Shown piece by piece: positions 1-15,946 of a stretch of 64,000 bases of DNA (position 1 is its first letter; the number at the start of each line of letters is the position of its first letter). Source of the DNA: the human T2T-CHM13v2.0 reference genome, Homo sapiens; NCBI RefSeq assembly GCF_009914755.1, contig NC_060934.1. The stretch is one strand, 5' to 3'. The notes beneath the pieces were generated by a model. It saw only the letters and a list, made by a program, of their open reading frames with translations. It was not told the origin of the DNA and did no database searches. A program made the translations under genes and the position numbers.

Positions 1-37
1 GCACTCCAGCCTGGGTGACAGAGCGAGACTCCACCTC

Positions 38-69
<32 letters not shown>

Positions 70-72
70 GAA
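1..72 (+). mobile_element. Alu 3' end and A-rich tail
   Basis: gcactccagcctgggtgacagagcgagact followed by poly-A/(GAAAA)n. Confidence 0.92.
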
Positions 73-149
73 ATCCTGGCTCTGATTTCCTGCAGGTGCA
101 CATGCTGCAGAGTGAGTTTTACAGTGGGTTTGAAGTTCAAGAAGGATCG

Positions 150-1553
<1,404 letters not shown>

Positions 1554-1861
1554 TTAATAGGGTTCTTTACCCATGGGAAACCTATGTGGACTCTTCAACT
1601 AAGGACTTTTTTACAAAAAATAGACTGATACAAGCAAAAGGACTTTGGAGCAGCCTTTGAGTCTTAAAACCTGGTAGGTGGGTTTTACTCCCCATGGAGG
1701 AGTTGAAAGTCTTGTCCTTGCTGAGGGAGAGCTGCCACTGCTCTGTCCAGGCCTTGGGAAGAGATTGCAGAGGTTTGTTGAAAAGCTGAGGGCAAACGGG
1801 GTCATGATTCACCAGTGGTTCATAATAAGAGTCGTCGTAAATTTCATCCTAAATCTACTTA

Positions 1862-2260
<399 letters not shown>

Positions 2261-2319
2261 CTAAGCCATCTGCTAGAGGTGCACTTTCCCAAGCACACAG
2301 GCCTATTGCATTTAAATTT

Positions 2320-2612
<293 letters not shown>

Positions 2613-2770
2613 CTAAATTCAAATTAATTATAAAGAAATGAAATCTGAAAATCACTTCTTCAGCCACACCAGCCACATTGCCAGTGCTCAGCAGCTCTGT
2701 GTGTCTAGTGGCTGCTGCACTGGGCAGTAGAGACCTAGAACACTTCATCTTGGTGGGAAGTTCTAGAAGG
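2613..2770. mobile_element. MER33/MER3-like hAT-Charlie remnant
   Basis: ccagccacattgccagtgctc...ctagtggctgctgcactgggcag...tagaacacttcatc resembles the MER3/MER33 consensus as recalled. Confidence 0.6.
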
Positions 2771-5700
2771 TTCTATTCACAGAGCTCTCCTGGGGGTAAA
2801 ACTTGGATTCTGACCTCAGGGCCACATTCTCCCAGCCTGGGAATGAAGGTCCCAGATCTGGAGGATTGGTTGTTTCAAATCTACTTCAAGGATTGCACAA
2901 TCCCAGCAGCAAGAGGAGAAACTTGAGAGGACTCCGCCTTCCTGCCCAGATGCGGGGTGGACGCTCCCCAAATACTCCACAGTGTGGAAGTCAAAAATGA
3001 AGCCGCAGCGGTGCTGGTCTCCCAGGAAAATGGAGGGCAGCTTCAGCCGGGCTCGGAAGAATGACGTTGTTGGTGAGTAATCTCAGATGACGTAAACCCA
3101 CATTTACTAATAAAATCTCCAGCATCATCCATATAAGGTAGAGTTGACTTTTCACCTCCTAAAGCCTTCATAATTGCTCTTATTTTTATGCTAGAATGTT
3201 ATCTCTGTTGAAATGTTGGGTTTTTTGCATCCTATTAAAAGCGTTAATAAGCTGTGTTTAAGACCTTACTTTGCAATTATGTTGAGCCAACTAAATAAAT
3301 CGATACTGACTTTCAGCCCATTTAAGGAGTAAAATTGAACTCCTGCTAATTTAACAAATATTTTAAAAATCAGAGTTGATGAACATGTTAATGTTGTCCA
3401 AAATAAGTGTATTTAATTTGTGGTGATAAACATGAGGCCATCACCCACCAATCCTTCGGCAGGGAGGTGGGGAGGACACAAGAACGGGGGGCAGGCAACA
3501 AAGTGCCTTTGGCGGGGCCAGGCTGCGGGGCCTTCCCACACGCCTGTCCATGGTTTCTCACTCATCTGAGAAGCAGCATTTTCAAAGCACTGCCTTCCCC
3601 TTGAATAAGCACATGTCTAGCGGAGGCAAGTGCAGGTGAGCTCTGTGGGGGTCCTTGGGTCCCCAGGACCTGTCTTGCCAAATACTTTCCACAGCTCAAC
3701 TCACCAACAATATCCCCCTTTCTTCCCCCGACATGGCACATGCTGTCATCTTTAAAGGGTAAAAATGAGCCCAAAGACTAAAACCCAGATCAATTCCCAG
3801 GCAAAAGCTTCAAAACCTTCGGATTGTCATGTCTTGAATAAACAACAGAAGTTGGTTTAAATCAAAAGGTCTGAATGGCTGAAGCTGAAGCCACCCTCCA
3901 GCCAGGGGAGATTGAGGGGCCAGGCAGGGGCAAGCCTGCCCAGGACCAGGTCCCTTCACCCTCACCTGCTGGGATCACACCAGGGAACACGGCCTGGAAA
4001 CGGAGGCTCTCCAACCCGAGCAACTCGTCCAGGATCACCCAGGGAGTAACTACGGGGCCCATTGGCCAAGCTGGGCAGGATGACACCTGCCGGGGCTTTC
4101 CCCAGATTCTGGGCAAGTGAGCTTGCTGCACCAGGGATCTGGAATGTGGCCTGGACCTGCCAGCCACACAAAGAAAACGTCCTACGAAATTTATTAACTC
4201 TTTTTTAATGCCAATATTTCACTATGTATAACATACTTATTCATTTTAATATAGAAAACAATGCTTCCGTGAGTTGTCATGGAGTAAGATCGGTGCTCCG
4301 GGAAGATGCATGGTTTTTATGCAGATTATACATTGTGTATACATTGTGTATACATTGTGTGCTTCTGTTATACAGCGGTGAGGGAAGCCATCTGGCCTGG
4401 GGCTGGATTACAGATGGGAGCTCCACCCAGCAGACGGAGTTGGCGAAAGACACACATTTTCTTTTCCTGGCATTAACTTCTTATCAGCCTAGATGGCAGG
4501 ATTAGGGATGAGACAAGGATGCTTCCAACGAGAGAGCACCCTTACTCACACGCCTTCCCATGAAGCACACTGCCCGCAAGTCACAGGGTGCGGCCCGGGG
4601 CCCAGAGCATCCATGCCTCCAACTCGTGGAATCACATGTCCTTCCTGGCAAACTAGTGACAATAAACAACATGTACCATTCTAGACCACCATTCAAGTCC
4701 TCAAATATCCTGCAAATGCACCCAAATTACTCTTTTACTGTTATTTATATTATCTATGGAGTCTCATTTTTCCAAGTAAATTATTCTCTGCTTGACTCTG
4801 ATATATTAGTTTGAAATGACAAGTATTAAAACAGTGAACACAAAATGAGCTCCCAGATAAAGACAAATGAATCTTCAGGTCTAGTGATAGAAGTTCCTGG
4901 AAGCCTATTTGAAATCTGTGTACTTAAAATATCAGGTGACTGAGAGATGCAGTGAAATGTAATGAGTCACACTCCGTGCTCCTTGGAAGCGTCCTTGTGG
5001 CAGGAACTGTGAGGTTACACAGCACCAAGGGGTCTCGAGTGTCTACAGCATGGGGCACTCACTATTCTCAGCTGCAGATTTCAGACACCCTCACAGGCTG
5101 AGTCCAACCAAGAGGAAATCGGGAGCCTGGGCCCAGGGTCCATGCAGGGCCTGCCCTTGGGTCCTGCAAAGGTTTTCTGACCAGCTGGGTGTACCAAGCT
5201 CTGGGGAGACGCCGGGGCTCCAGGGCTCACAGCCGGGAGCAGGAGTGGGCCGTGAGCCAACCCTCAGGGCAGGATGCTGGACACCCAGAGGAGAAACTTG
5301 GTGGCACAGAGGGTTCTGGAAAGTCCTCCCGGGGACTAGAGGTCGGAACTGAGTTCGTCAACCTGTAACCAGAAGAATCAGAAATCCCTGCTGTCTCAGA
5401 CCAGTGGGGTCTCACCATGACAGGGAGCTAGGGGACAAGAGAGAGAGGAGAACGTGGAGTCTTTCCAGCTCTGGAATCAAGAGCAGGGTATTAACCCCTG
5501 ACTTCAACGCGGGAGCCTTTAGTCCGAGCCGGGGACACAGGCACACAGGCCCCATTCCCAGCAGCCAGAGCCCATGGCAAACCCGGAGCAGGCCCGGGGG
5601 TCTCTGTGGTCCCTGAAGGCGGAGACAATGGCAATCAGTGGGAGCCCTGGCCAGACCCCAACTCAACTCACCCGAGGCTTACATAGGGGATCCTCTGTGA

Positions 5701-6920
5701 ACGAGCACCCCCAGAGAGGTGGAGGCCCACCCTGGCCCTCCAGGAGAACACAGGGCAGCGTGCTGTGTCCTGGGACATAATTCTGGTCCCTTCCCTTTTG
5801 TTTCCCAGATAATGTCTTCCCAGGAAGTCCCTCTCGCCACCTCCACCCCACCCTCAAAATGCCAGGAGCCCGCGTGGGTTTCTGAATCCACCACTGTCAC
5901 TCTTGCTGCCACCGGGTGCCACTGCTGTAGACAAGTCCCCTCAAGGACGGGGGTCCCTGCAGGTCCTCAGCGGTGCCCATCCCTGGGCTCTGGGCTTAGT
6001 GCTTCCTTCCTTCGTGCTATGGCCACAGCCACCGCCCCAAACACTCCGTGCATCAGGGCGGCCTCACAGGCCCAGGCGTCACCATGCCTGCCGAACCCGC
6101 CTCCTACTCAGCCAGACCCCAGGCTCTCCCTTCCCTCAAGCACCCTGTGATGTCCCCGGGTCCTGCCCTGCCTGGGATCTAAGTCAGGGCCCTCCTAATC
6201 CAACAGAGGAGCTGCCCGAATGCTGAGCCTCACGAGGAAAAGATCTCTAACTGGATCCCATCCTCCAGAGGTTCCCAGGCTGTCATGCCCTCCCGGGGAC
6301 CTCAGTGAGGCAGCGCTGGTCCGTGATTCCATGAAACCAAAGAGCCTGCTGCTCACTCCCTGGAGCTGCACATCCACTCTTACTAACCACACGGGGGAGA
6401 GGTCCCGGCTCGTCCTCGTGCTGCACTCCGAGCAGGCAGGAGCAGGGCAGCCCAGGCTTGCCAGCTCCCTCACAGAACAACCTCAAGTGGCTGTGGCTAG
6501 GGAGCCCAACTCCAGGTTCCACCCCTGCTAGGGAGCTGTTTCCTGAGTCAACAGTGGTACCGAGTGTGACCGGCATGGGGGGAAAGCGGGTCACGCAGCA
6601 ACCCTGGACGCTGGCTTTGGAAGGGGTGGACTCTGCTCCTGGGCGCTGTGGGGACGCCCTCATTCCCGGGTTGTGGCAGCACTGAGCGGAGGCCTGAGGC
6701 GCTGGAGCTAGTTCTGGACAGCACCTGGCCACTTTCCCCTGCACAGCCTGGCATGTCCGCACCTGCACCCTGCAACCACTCCCTACAGGAGCCCCTTCAA
6801 AGTCAGAGGATGCCGCAGGCTTTGAGTCTCCTCAGTAGGGGACCCCCATAAACAAGGAGGCCTGTTTCTATAATCAGAGCTTCCTGGAGCTCTGGAATTC
6901 AGAGCAGACATTAATTCTAC

Positions 6921-7215
6921 TTTTTTTTTTTTTAAGACAGAGTCTTGCTCTGTCACCCAGGCTGAAGTGCAGTGGCGCAATCTCAGCTCACTGCCATCTC
7001 CGCCTCCTGGGTTCAAGCGATTCTCCTGCCTCAGCCTCCTGAATAGCTGGGACTACAGACACATGCTGCCATGCCCAGCTAATTTTTTGTACTTTAGTAG
7101 AGACAGGGTTTCACCGTGTTACCCTAGCTGTTCACGAACTCCTGAGCTCAGGCCATCCACCAGCCTCGGCCTCCCAAAGTGCTGGGATTACAGGCGTGAG
7201 CCACCGTGCCCGGCC
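6921..7215 (-). mobile_element. Alu (AluS-like)
   Basis: Antisense Alu dimer; ttaattct repeated on both flanks. Confidence 0.95.
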
Positions 7216-7550
7216 AACGTTAATTCTTTAATTCAACAAACGTGTATCTGGTCTACCTCGGAGCTTGGGGGGAATTCCTGGGAGGCCGGGAAGGACAGGC
7301 TGAGGCCAAGGACATGGTGCTCAGGCCAGGCCCAGTGCCATGCAGGGAGACCTCAGAGGCTCTGACCAAATCCACCAGGAGAAAGCAGAGTGGCCCAACC
7401 ACGCCCACCCCAGAAGGAAAATGCCTCAGTGTCTCTTTCCTCTGTGCTAGAAAATGGCTTTGTTTCCCTCAGGGCGCTGGAACCGGACCCCGTGCAACTT
7501 CTCCCAGGAAACTGGTCCCCGTGGCCCATCTGGGAGACCCTCATTCCTGC

Positions 7551-8853
7551 ATCCTGACACCTGCTCTTCCGAGGGGAAGATTCCACGGAAACAAACTCCT
7601 ACCCCCCAGCTGAGACCCCTCCACCCTTAGACTCCATTCTGGGGGCTGGAGCTTAGAGAGGCATCTCCACACTCACCCAGCCGATGCTTCCCTGGCTGGG
7701 GGTGGGAGGGCCCAGGGTTTGGAGGGCAGCCCCCGAGGAGGTGCACACTCACCTCCTGGCTTCTTCCTGGGAGGCTCAGCAATGCTACACATGCCCAGCC
7801 CTGCTCCAGAAATGCAAAGTTGAGGGACCCATGGAAACGGTGGAGGTGTCCGTGTAACCAACAACACATCTGCAATTGCACCCGTGATTTGGCAAACCTA
7901 CTTCTTTTCTCTTAATTTTACTGGCCGGATTTGGTGACATCAATAAGCAAAGCTCTAAACCTAACATCACAAAACCTTTTTGAAGACTGAATCGCGACAG
8001 AATCTCCCACTTTCTTCTTCACAACTCGAGTGGAAACCAGATTAACATTTAAAATGAAATAGTCACGGAATATTTTAATAGCATTTCTCAGAGACCAGAA
8101 CTTTGTTCCCTAGTGGCCAACCCAGGAGGAAGATTTTGTGTCCAAACTCAGGAGAAATGAGCATTTTTTTTTCCTACCTGTTTCTTATGAGGTGAATGAA
8201 ACGGGCATTCTCTTTGTTTGATTTTTCTCTTTCTTTCAAAGACTGTCAGGAAAATGCCTCAGTTTCCTCCTCTCTAAAACAATGAAAGTTAAAAGGTGAT
8301 GACGGATGACAAAGGTGGAGGAGAACGAGGAGGAGCTCGAGGAGGAGGGGAGAGTAGTCTTGGGAAACAGAACATGAAAGCTGTGATAAATTTCAGCAAT
8401 GCTGTATCTCATTTCAGATGTCCTCCTGTGGGTTTTGCAGACAATTTAACAGAAGTCCAACGAAAAGGGAAGTTGCCTGAAAGAGCCGGCTCCCAATCCT
8501 TTCAAATGAGGTCCGAGAGCACCACCCCGCGGCAAGTCCCTCTCATTGCTGTTGCTTGCGTTTGCTTTCTGAGCCCCTCCTCCGGCCTGGTGCAGCTGCC
8601 TCCCGCTGCCGGGACCATGCCAGGAAGGAGCCAGGAGGCGAGTATGCACCTCCCCAGGGGCTGCCGGCCAAGCCCCGAGCCCTGCCCGCCCTCCCCAGCC
8701 AGGGAAGCACCAGCTGGGCGAGTGTGAAGGTGCCCCGCAAAGCTCCAGCCCTCCAGAATGGAGTCTAAGGGTGGAGGGCTCTCAGCTGGGGCGGGTGGGA
8801 GTGGCGGTTTGTTTCCATGGGAACTTTCCCTTGGAAGAGGCAGGTGTCAGGAT
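7551..8853. repeat. Imperfect inverted duplication (arms ~7551-7770 and ~8620-8853)
   Basis: The reverse complement of the left arm aligns with the right arm, e.g. ccagaatggagtctaagggtggaggg, ccccagccagggaagca, caggtgtcaggat. Confidence 0.9.
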
Positions 8854-9639
8854 CTCCCAGCCAGGGAGGATGTTTGCCTTTGGAATGTGTCCCGAGTCTA
8901 AATTATTTAGACCTTGTCTACATAACCTACCAAAGAGCGTTTTGGCCCCGCCTGCCCCTCCCCAGAGGACACGGCAGTGGCGCTGAGGGGCCTGGGTGGA
9001 TCTTAAGGAAAACTGAGCCACAGGCCACTGCCCCCCAACACCTTCAGCTGCTTCTGCCTCAAGGGGGATGCTGCCCTCTGTTTCTGCACGGTTTGTGTCT
9101 TTGGGGGCAGGCCCCGGCCCGTGACACATGCAGGGCTTTGTCTCCCATTGGGCGGCTGCAGGCGGCCCCATTCCAGGCCATCAGCAGGACCCCTAGAGCC
9201 CCAGCCCCAATCCTCCAGGTGTGGGAGGGTGGACATGAGCAGGCATTAGGGCACAGTCCCCAGGAGCCACGCAGGGCCTGAAGGGGCTTCCACCTGGACC
9301 CAGGCTTCTCCCTCCCCTCCCTTGCAGGGAGGCTGGCATCCTGGACACAGCCTCAGGGGTCGAGCTCAGGCTCTCCTTCTGGTGGCCGGAGGAGACCCCA
9401 CAGTCCCTGCTTCCCCTCCACAGGCCCTGCTGCCCACTTCTCTCTTCTTAGCTCTTCCTGTCTTTCGAGGCAGACTTCTTGTCTCTTCAGGCCCAGAGAG
9501 GGAGGGGACAGATGGCCAATTCCCTGCCAGTGGTCACTGCAGGCCCCGAACCATTCCCCACCCAGCTGGCCCGCCCTCCCTCGCCTGGGGGCCAGGATCG
9601 GAGGGGAAGATAGAGAAGCACCTTCTCCTGCTCGGACTC

Positions 9640-9750
9640 GGGTTTCAGGCTCCAGGCCTGGATTGCCACAAATTAGCCATGTGACTTTGGGAAGTTACTT
9701 CCTCCTGCTATGCCTCAGTTTGCTCATCTGTAAGAGGGGATAGATAATAG
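9640..9750 (+). mobile_element. MIR remnant
   Basis: gtgactttgggaagttactt...gcctcagtttgctcatctgtaag MIR core. Confidence 0.7.
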
Positions 9751-10069
9751 GAGGCCACGTCCCACCAGGTCGCTGCACCCCCGGCCAGGAGTGTCACTGG
9801 GACTCTGCCTAGGTTCCACCTTCCTTTGTCTCCTGAGACTCCCCCCCTCCTCCGGTAGGCACGGGACTCCCTGGGAGGGGAGGGGCGGTGACCCTGAATC
9901 CTGGCCCAACACACTAGTTGCCCCGTGAAGGTGCTAATAGGGTATTGAACAAAGCCTCATCAGGTATTACAACACCCAGCATATAAAACCTCATTCTTCC
10001 AATCTGCTTTAGAAAAACAACTTTTCCTTTAAGAAAGGCTGATTAAATCCAAAGGTGTCACTTCAGTGA

Positions 10070-10687
<618 letters not shown>

Positions 10688-10719
10688 TAGTAACTTAATA
10701 AACTTTTTACATAATGGAC

Positions 10720-11970
10720 CTTCCCCAAGTAGATAAGGAACATCTACAAAGAAGCTACAGTTAACATTAGATGGTGAAAAACTAGATGCTTTTCTTCTAA
10801 GATCAGAAAGAAGGCAAGGATGTCCCCTCTGGCCACTCCTATTCAACGTCGTATAGGAAGTCATAGCTAGTGCAGTAAGAAAAGAAGAGGAAATAACACG
10901 TGTATAGATTGAGAAAGAAGAAACAAAACTGTTCACAGATGACATGATTTTCTATGTAGGAAATCTCAAAGAATCACCCCCCAAAAAATCCTGGAATTAA
11001 TAAGTGATTATAGCAAGGCTCCAGGACACAGGGTTAATATACAAAAGTCCATTTCTTTCCTCTATAGCATTCATTGGACAATTGGAATTTGAGATTAAAA
11101 ACACAACACCATTTATGTAAGCTCCAAGAAAATGAAATACTTAGGTATAAATCCAACAAAATATGTATAAGACCCATATGAAGAAAACAACAAAACTCTA
11201 ATGAAAAAAATCTAAGAGCTAAATAAATAGACACTCCGTGTTCATGGATAGGAAGACTCGATATTGTCAAGATGTCAGTTCTCCCTGACTTCCTCTATAG
11301 ATTCAATGCACTCCCAATCAAAATCCCAGTGAGTTATTTCATGGATACTGACAAACTGATTTTAAAGTTTATTCAGAAAGGCAAAGACCTAAAATAGCCT
11401 ACACAATATTAAAGGAGAAAAGAGTCAGAGGACTGACACCACCCAACTCCAAGTCTTATTATAAAGTGACAGTAATCAAGACAGTGTGGTATTGGCTAAA
11501 GAACAAGCAAACAAGTCAACATAGTAAAACAGAGAGTGCAGAAATCGACCCACATAAGTATCAACTGACCTTTGACAAAGGCACACCAGCAAATACAATA
11601 GCGCAGAGACGATCTTTTCAACAAACGCTGCTGGAATAACTGCATACCCCGTGCAAAAAAAAAAAAAAAATCAGTCTAGACACAGATCCTCTACCCTTCA
11701 CAAAATTTACTCAAAGTGGATTACAGACCAAAATGTAGAATGCAAAATGAACAGTTCCAGAATATGCCATACAGAAAATGTATGTGACCTTGGGTTTGGT
11801 TTTCAGATACAACCCCAAATTGAGGTTTGATTTCATTAAAATTTCAAACCTCTGCTCTGTAAAAGATGCTGTCAAGTAAATGAAAAAACAAGCCACAGAC
11901 TGGGAGAAAATATTTTCAAAACACACATCTGATAAAGGGCTTGTATCCAAAATATGCAGAGAAGTCCAGC
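10720..11970 (+). mobile_element. Old L1 ORF2 fragment
   Basis: Degenerate RT and downstream region (aggcaaggatgtcc, ttcacagatgacatgatt, tcatggataggaagactc, caagacagtgtggtattgg). Confidence 0.9.
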
Positions 11971-11987
11971 AAAACCAGGTTGGAGGG

Positions 11988-12926
<939 letters not shown>

Positions 12927-13061
12927 TCAGACACTTCTCGAGAGGCTACAGCAAAGATTTTCCGTGGTTTTTTATTCCTTTTGGGTGTCAGCTCATCTCT
13001 CGCTGCATTTCTTCCAAGTGCAAGGTGGAGCTCAGAGAGACGCCTGGAGGATGAGGCGGCA

Positions 13062-13407
13062 CAGACAAACCTCAGGGCATCGTGGGCTCAGTTCCAGAGG
13101 CCGCAGCACAGTGGTGATCACAACGAATGCAGCCACACACACTTTTTGGTTTCCTAGTGCATGTCAAATGTATGTTTACACTACACTGCGGCCTAATAAA
13201 GTGTGATAGTGATAGCATTATGTCTAAAAAATGTACATACCTTCATCTTGAAATATTCATTGCAAAAAAACTCTAATGAAGTGAGCACGGGCTCTGGGAA
13301 CAATGGTGCCTATGGACTTGTCCTGTGTGGTGATGCCGGAAACAGCCAGCGTGTGAAAAATGCAATACAGTGAAGCGTGATAAGAGGAGGGGAAGGAGGT
13401 GTGCCTG
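13062..13407. mobile_element. Internally deleted TcMar-Tigger element (Tigger1-like)
   Basis: Degenerate terminal inverted repeats cagacaaacctc / gaggtgtgcctg; internal ttttggtttcctagtgcat...atagcattatgtctaaaaaatgtacatacc. Confidence 0.65.
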
Positions 13408-14606
13408 CGTGTGGAAAACTTTCATTGGAAAAGTCACAAACAATGAGGTGGATGCAGGTAGCTCTAGCCCGGAGGCTGGTCTGCAGGGAGGGCCGGGGTG
13501 TGGGTGGGGCCCAGCCAGGACCCTCGGATGGGTCCACGTAGCCAAAGCCCTGGAGGCAGGCACGGTGGGGCCCAGGGGCTGACCCAGGTGCTGATGGGTG
13601 GGGGCTGCCTGGGTCCACTGACCCTCCTTCTGGCCTCAGGCATGGGCATGGGGTGAGGGAGTGGCCTGGGCAGGCCCCAGAGCATCCCAGGCTGAGACAC
13701 AGATGACCAAAGTGTAGTCCTCCCCCACACAGGCAGAGTCCTGGAAGCCAAGGTCTCCACTCCAGGCCCGCGAGGTCCTCCCCACCGCTACCACCATCGC
13801 TGTCCTCTCAGGATCCTGGGGGCTCCAGCACTCTCCGGCCCCACTGGCTGAGCTGATTCCATCCCTGCCTGGGCTCAGGGCATTTCTCACTCTGACCCAT
13901 CTCTCTGCTTCCCTCTGACCCCCCACCCTCAACGTTGCCTGGAGCCGGGAAACAGCTCCAGGCAACACTGGGCTTTATGTCTCAACAGCCCCATGACCCA
14001 AATCCTCCCCTACCAGGTCCCGTCAGAAATCCTGGGAAGAGGTCAGATCAGGCTGACGTGGGTTCTGCCCAAGAGTGGCCCAGCTAGTTTGCAGGGGGCT
14101 TCTATCACTCGGGGGGTACTAGTAACAGGGAGAGGCTGCGCAGGAGAAGAGAAGGCCATCATCTCCCTCCCCTCTGAGGCAGCAGAGAGTGAGGACCAGG
14201 AGGCCTCTGGCCAATCAGCTTTCCCTGGAAGCGCAGCCCCACCCCATACTCGCTCCCTGAGGCTGCCCACATCCCCTGGGAGGCCACACTGGGTCCAGGC
14301 TCCTCTTCTCCCTCCTTGAGCCCTGCTCTGGTGGAGCAGAGGCCGGCCCTGCCCTGGGCAACTTTGCAGCCACCTTCTAAAGCACTGGGGAGCTTCCTGG
14401 TTACAGGGTGGGGGGAAACATCCTGAGACTGAATGACCAGGGACACTTGCCCCATATCAAACATCACCTCCTCCACACCATGCTTTGAGCCCTGGGCTTA
14501 GGACTGGAGACCACCATGGTAGGAAGGGGTCTCCACCCTCACACAGCTCCACATCCACCAGAGAACAGAGAAATCAATGCCCCCCCCCCGACACTGGACA
14601 TCGTGG

Positions 14607-15007
14607 TGTAGCAGGACGAGCCGTAGACAAAACCCCTCAGACACCGGGTTAAAGAAGGAAGTGGCTTTATTCAGCCAGGAGCATCGGCAGACTTGCGTCT
14701 CAAGAACTGAGCTCCAAAGAAAGAGTTCCTGGCCCTTTTAAGGGCTTATAACTCTAAGGGGTCCACGTGACAGGGTCATGATAGATTGAGCAAGCATGGG
14801 GTACGTGACTAGGTGGGGGTAAGCAAGGCGAGCATTTCTCCATGCCATTGTCTGTGATCTATAGATAGCACAAGTGATTTAGGGTGAGGGTTGATCTTTA
14901 ACCTTCAGGCCTGGCCAGTGGCGCTGATCAGTCTGTTATTTTTCAGTTCTAACTTCCTCCTTTTCTTTGGAGACAGGAGACAGTAAGAGAAATGGCCTCT
15001 CCCCTCA
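14607..15007 (-). mobile_element. ERV1 solo LTR related to HERV-E (LTR2/LTR15-like)
   Basis: TG...CA termini. The + strand start tgtagcaggacgagccgtagacaaaacccctcagacacc is the reverse complement of the LTR2-type U5 end; near-TSD gtgg/atgg. Confidence 0.8.
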
Positions 15008-15130
15008 ATGGGAAGAATCGTTGCTGTAAGATACAGCAGACTTCCTCCACATCCAGCCCAGTCCAAGGCTGGCAGAAGAGAGGCCTGTCCCTGTGGAGTG
15101 GGTGCAAGGCTACTCCCCGAGGTGGCTGCA

Positions 15131-15576
15131 CACCAAGTACCACGCATGCCAAGTACCAGGCACACCAAGTACCACGCTTACCAAGTACCATGCTCACCAA
15201 GTGCCATGCACACCAAGTACCACACTCACCAAGTACCATGCTCACCAAGTACCACACTCACCAAATACCATGCACACCAAGTACCATGTTCACCAAGTGC
15301 CATGCACACCAAGTACCATACTCACCAAGTACCAGGCACACCAAGTATCACACTCACCAAGTACCATGCACACAAAGTATCACTCTCACCAAATACCATG
15401 CACACCAAGTATCATATTCACCAAGTACTATGCACACCAAGTACCAGGCTCACCAAGTACCACACTCACCAAGTACCATGCATGCCAAGTACCAGGCTCA
15501 CCAAGTACTATGCACACCAAGTACCATGCTCACCAAATACCACACTCACCAAGCACCATGCACACCAAGTACCACA
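15131..15576. repeat. 16-bp minisatellite (~28 copies), consensus CACCAAGTACCATGCW
   Basis: Regular 16-bp period of caccaagtacca followed by a variable 4-mer. Confidence 0.95.
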
Positions 15577-15946
15577 CGGGCTACATCTGTCTGGTCTGAT
15601 GACAGGAAAAACGAGGGTTCCCTGCAGACCACTTCTTGGAGCATTCCCTGAGGCTGGAGGGCAGTGAGTTGGCCATGCCCGGCATGGTGAGTGGCCCAAA
15701 ACCTGTAGCCACGCCACATGGACCCTGCTAGAAATGGCCAAGATGGCCTGAAAAGTCAGTGGGAGGCTGGAGGGCCCAGCCAGGATCCTGCTCCCCATTC
15801 CCCCGCCAGCCCCTGGCAGCCCCAAACACTGTGCAGAGTCGCAGGGGTGCCCACCCATATCTCCCTGACCGCCTCCTTCCAGGGCACACTCATCCCAGGG
15901 GGCAGGCACCTGTGGGGTTGGCACATTGGCACCAGCCCACGCCTTT

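Noticed and set aside
7415-7456. aggaaaatgcctcagt direct match to ~8248
   Set aside because: Short and partly similar to the MIR core gcctcagtttcctc, so I cannot separate it from repeat ancestry or chance.
14949-15667. His/Thr/Pro-rich ORFs
   Set aside because: Translations of the 16-bp minisatellite in several frames.
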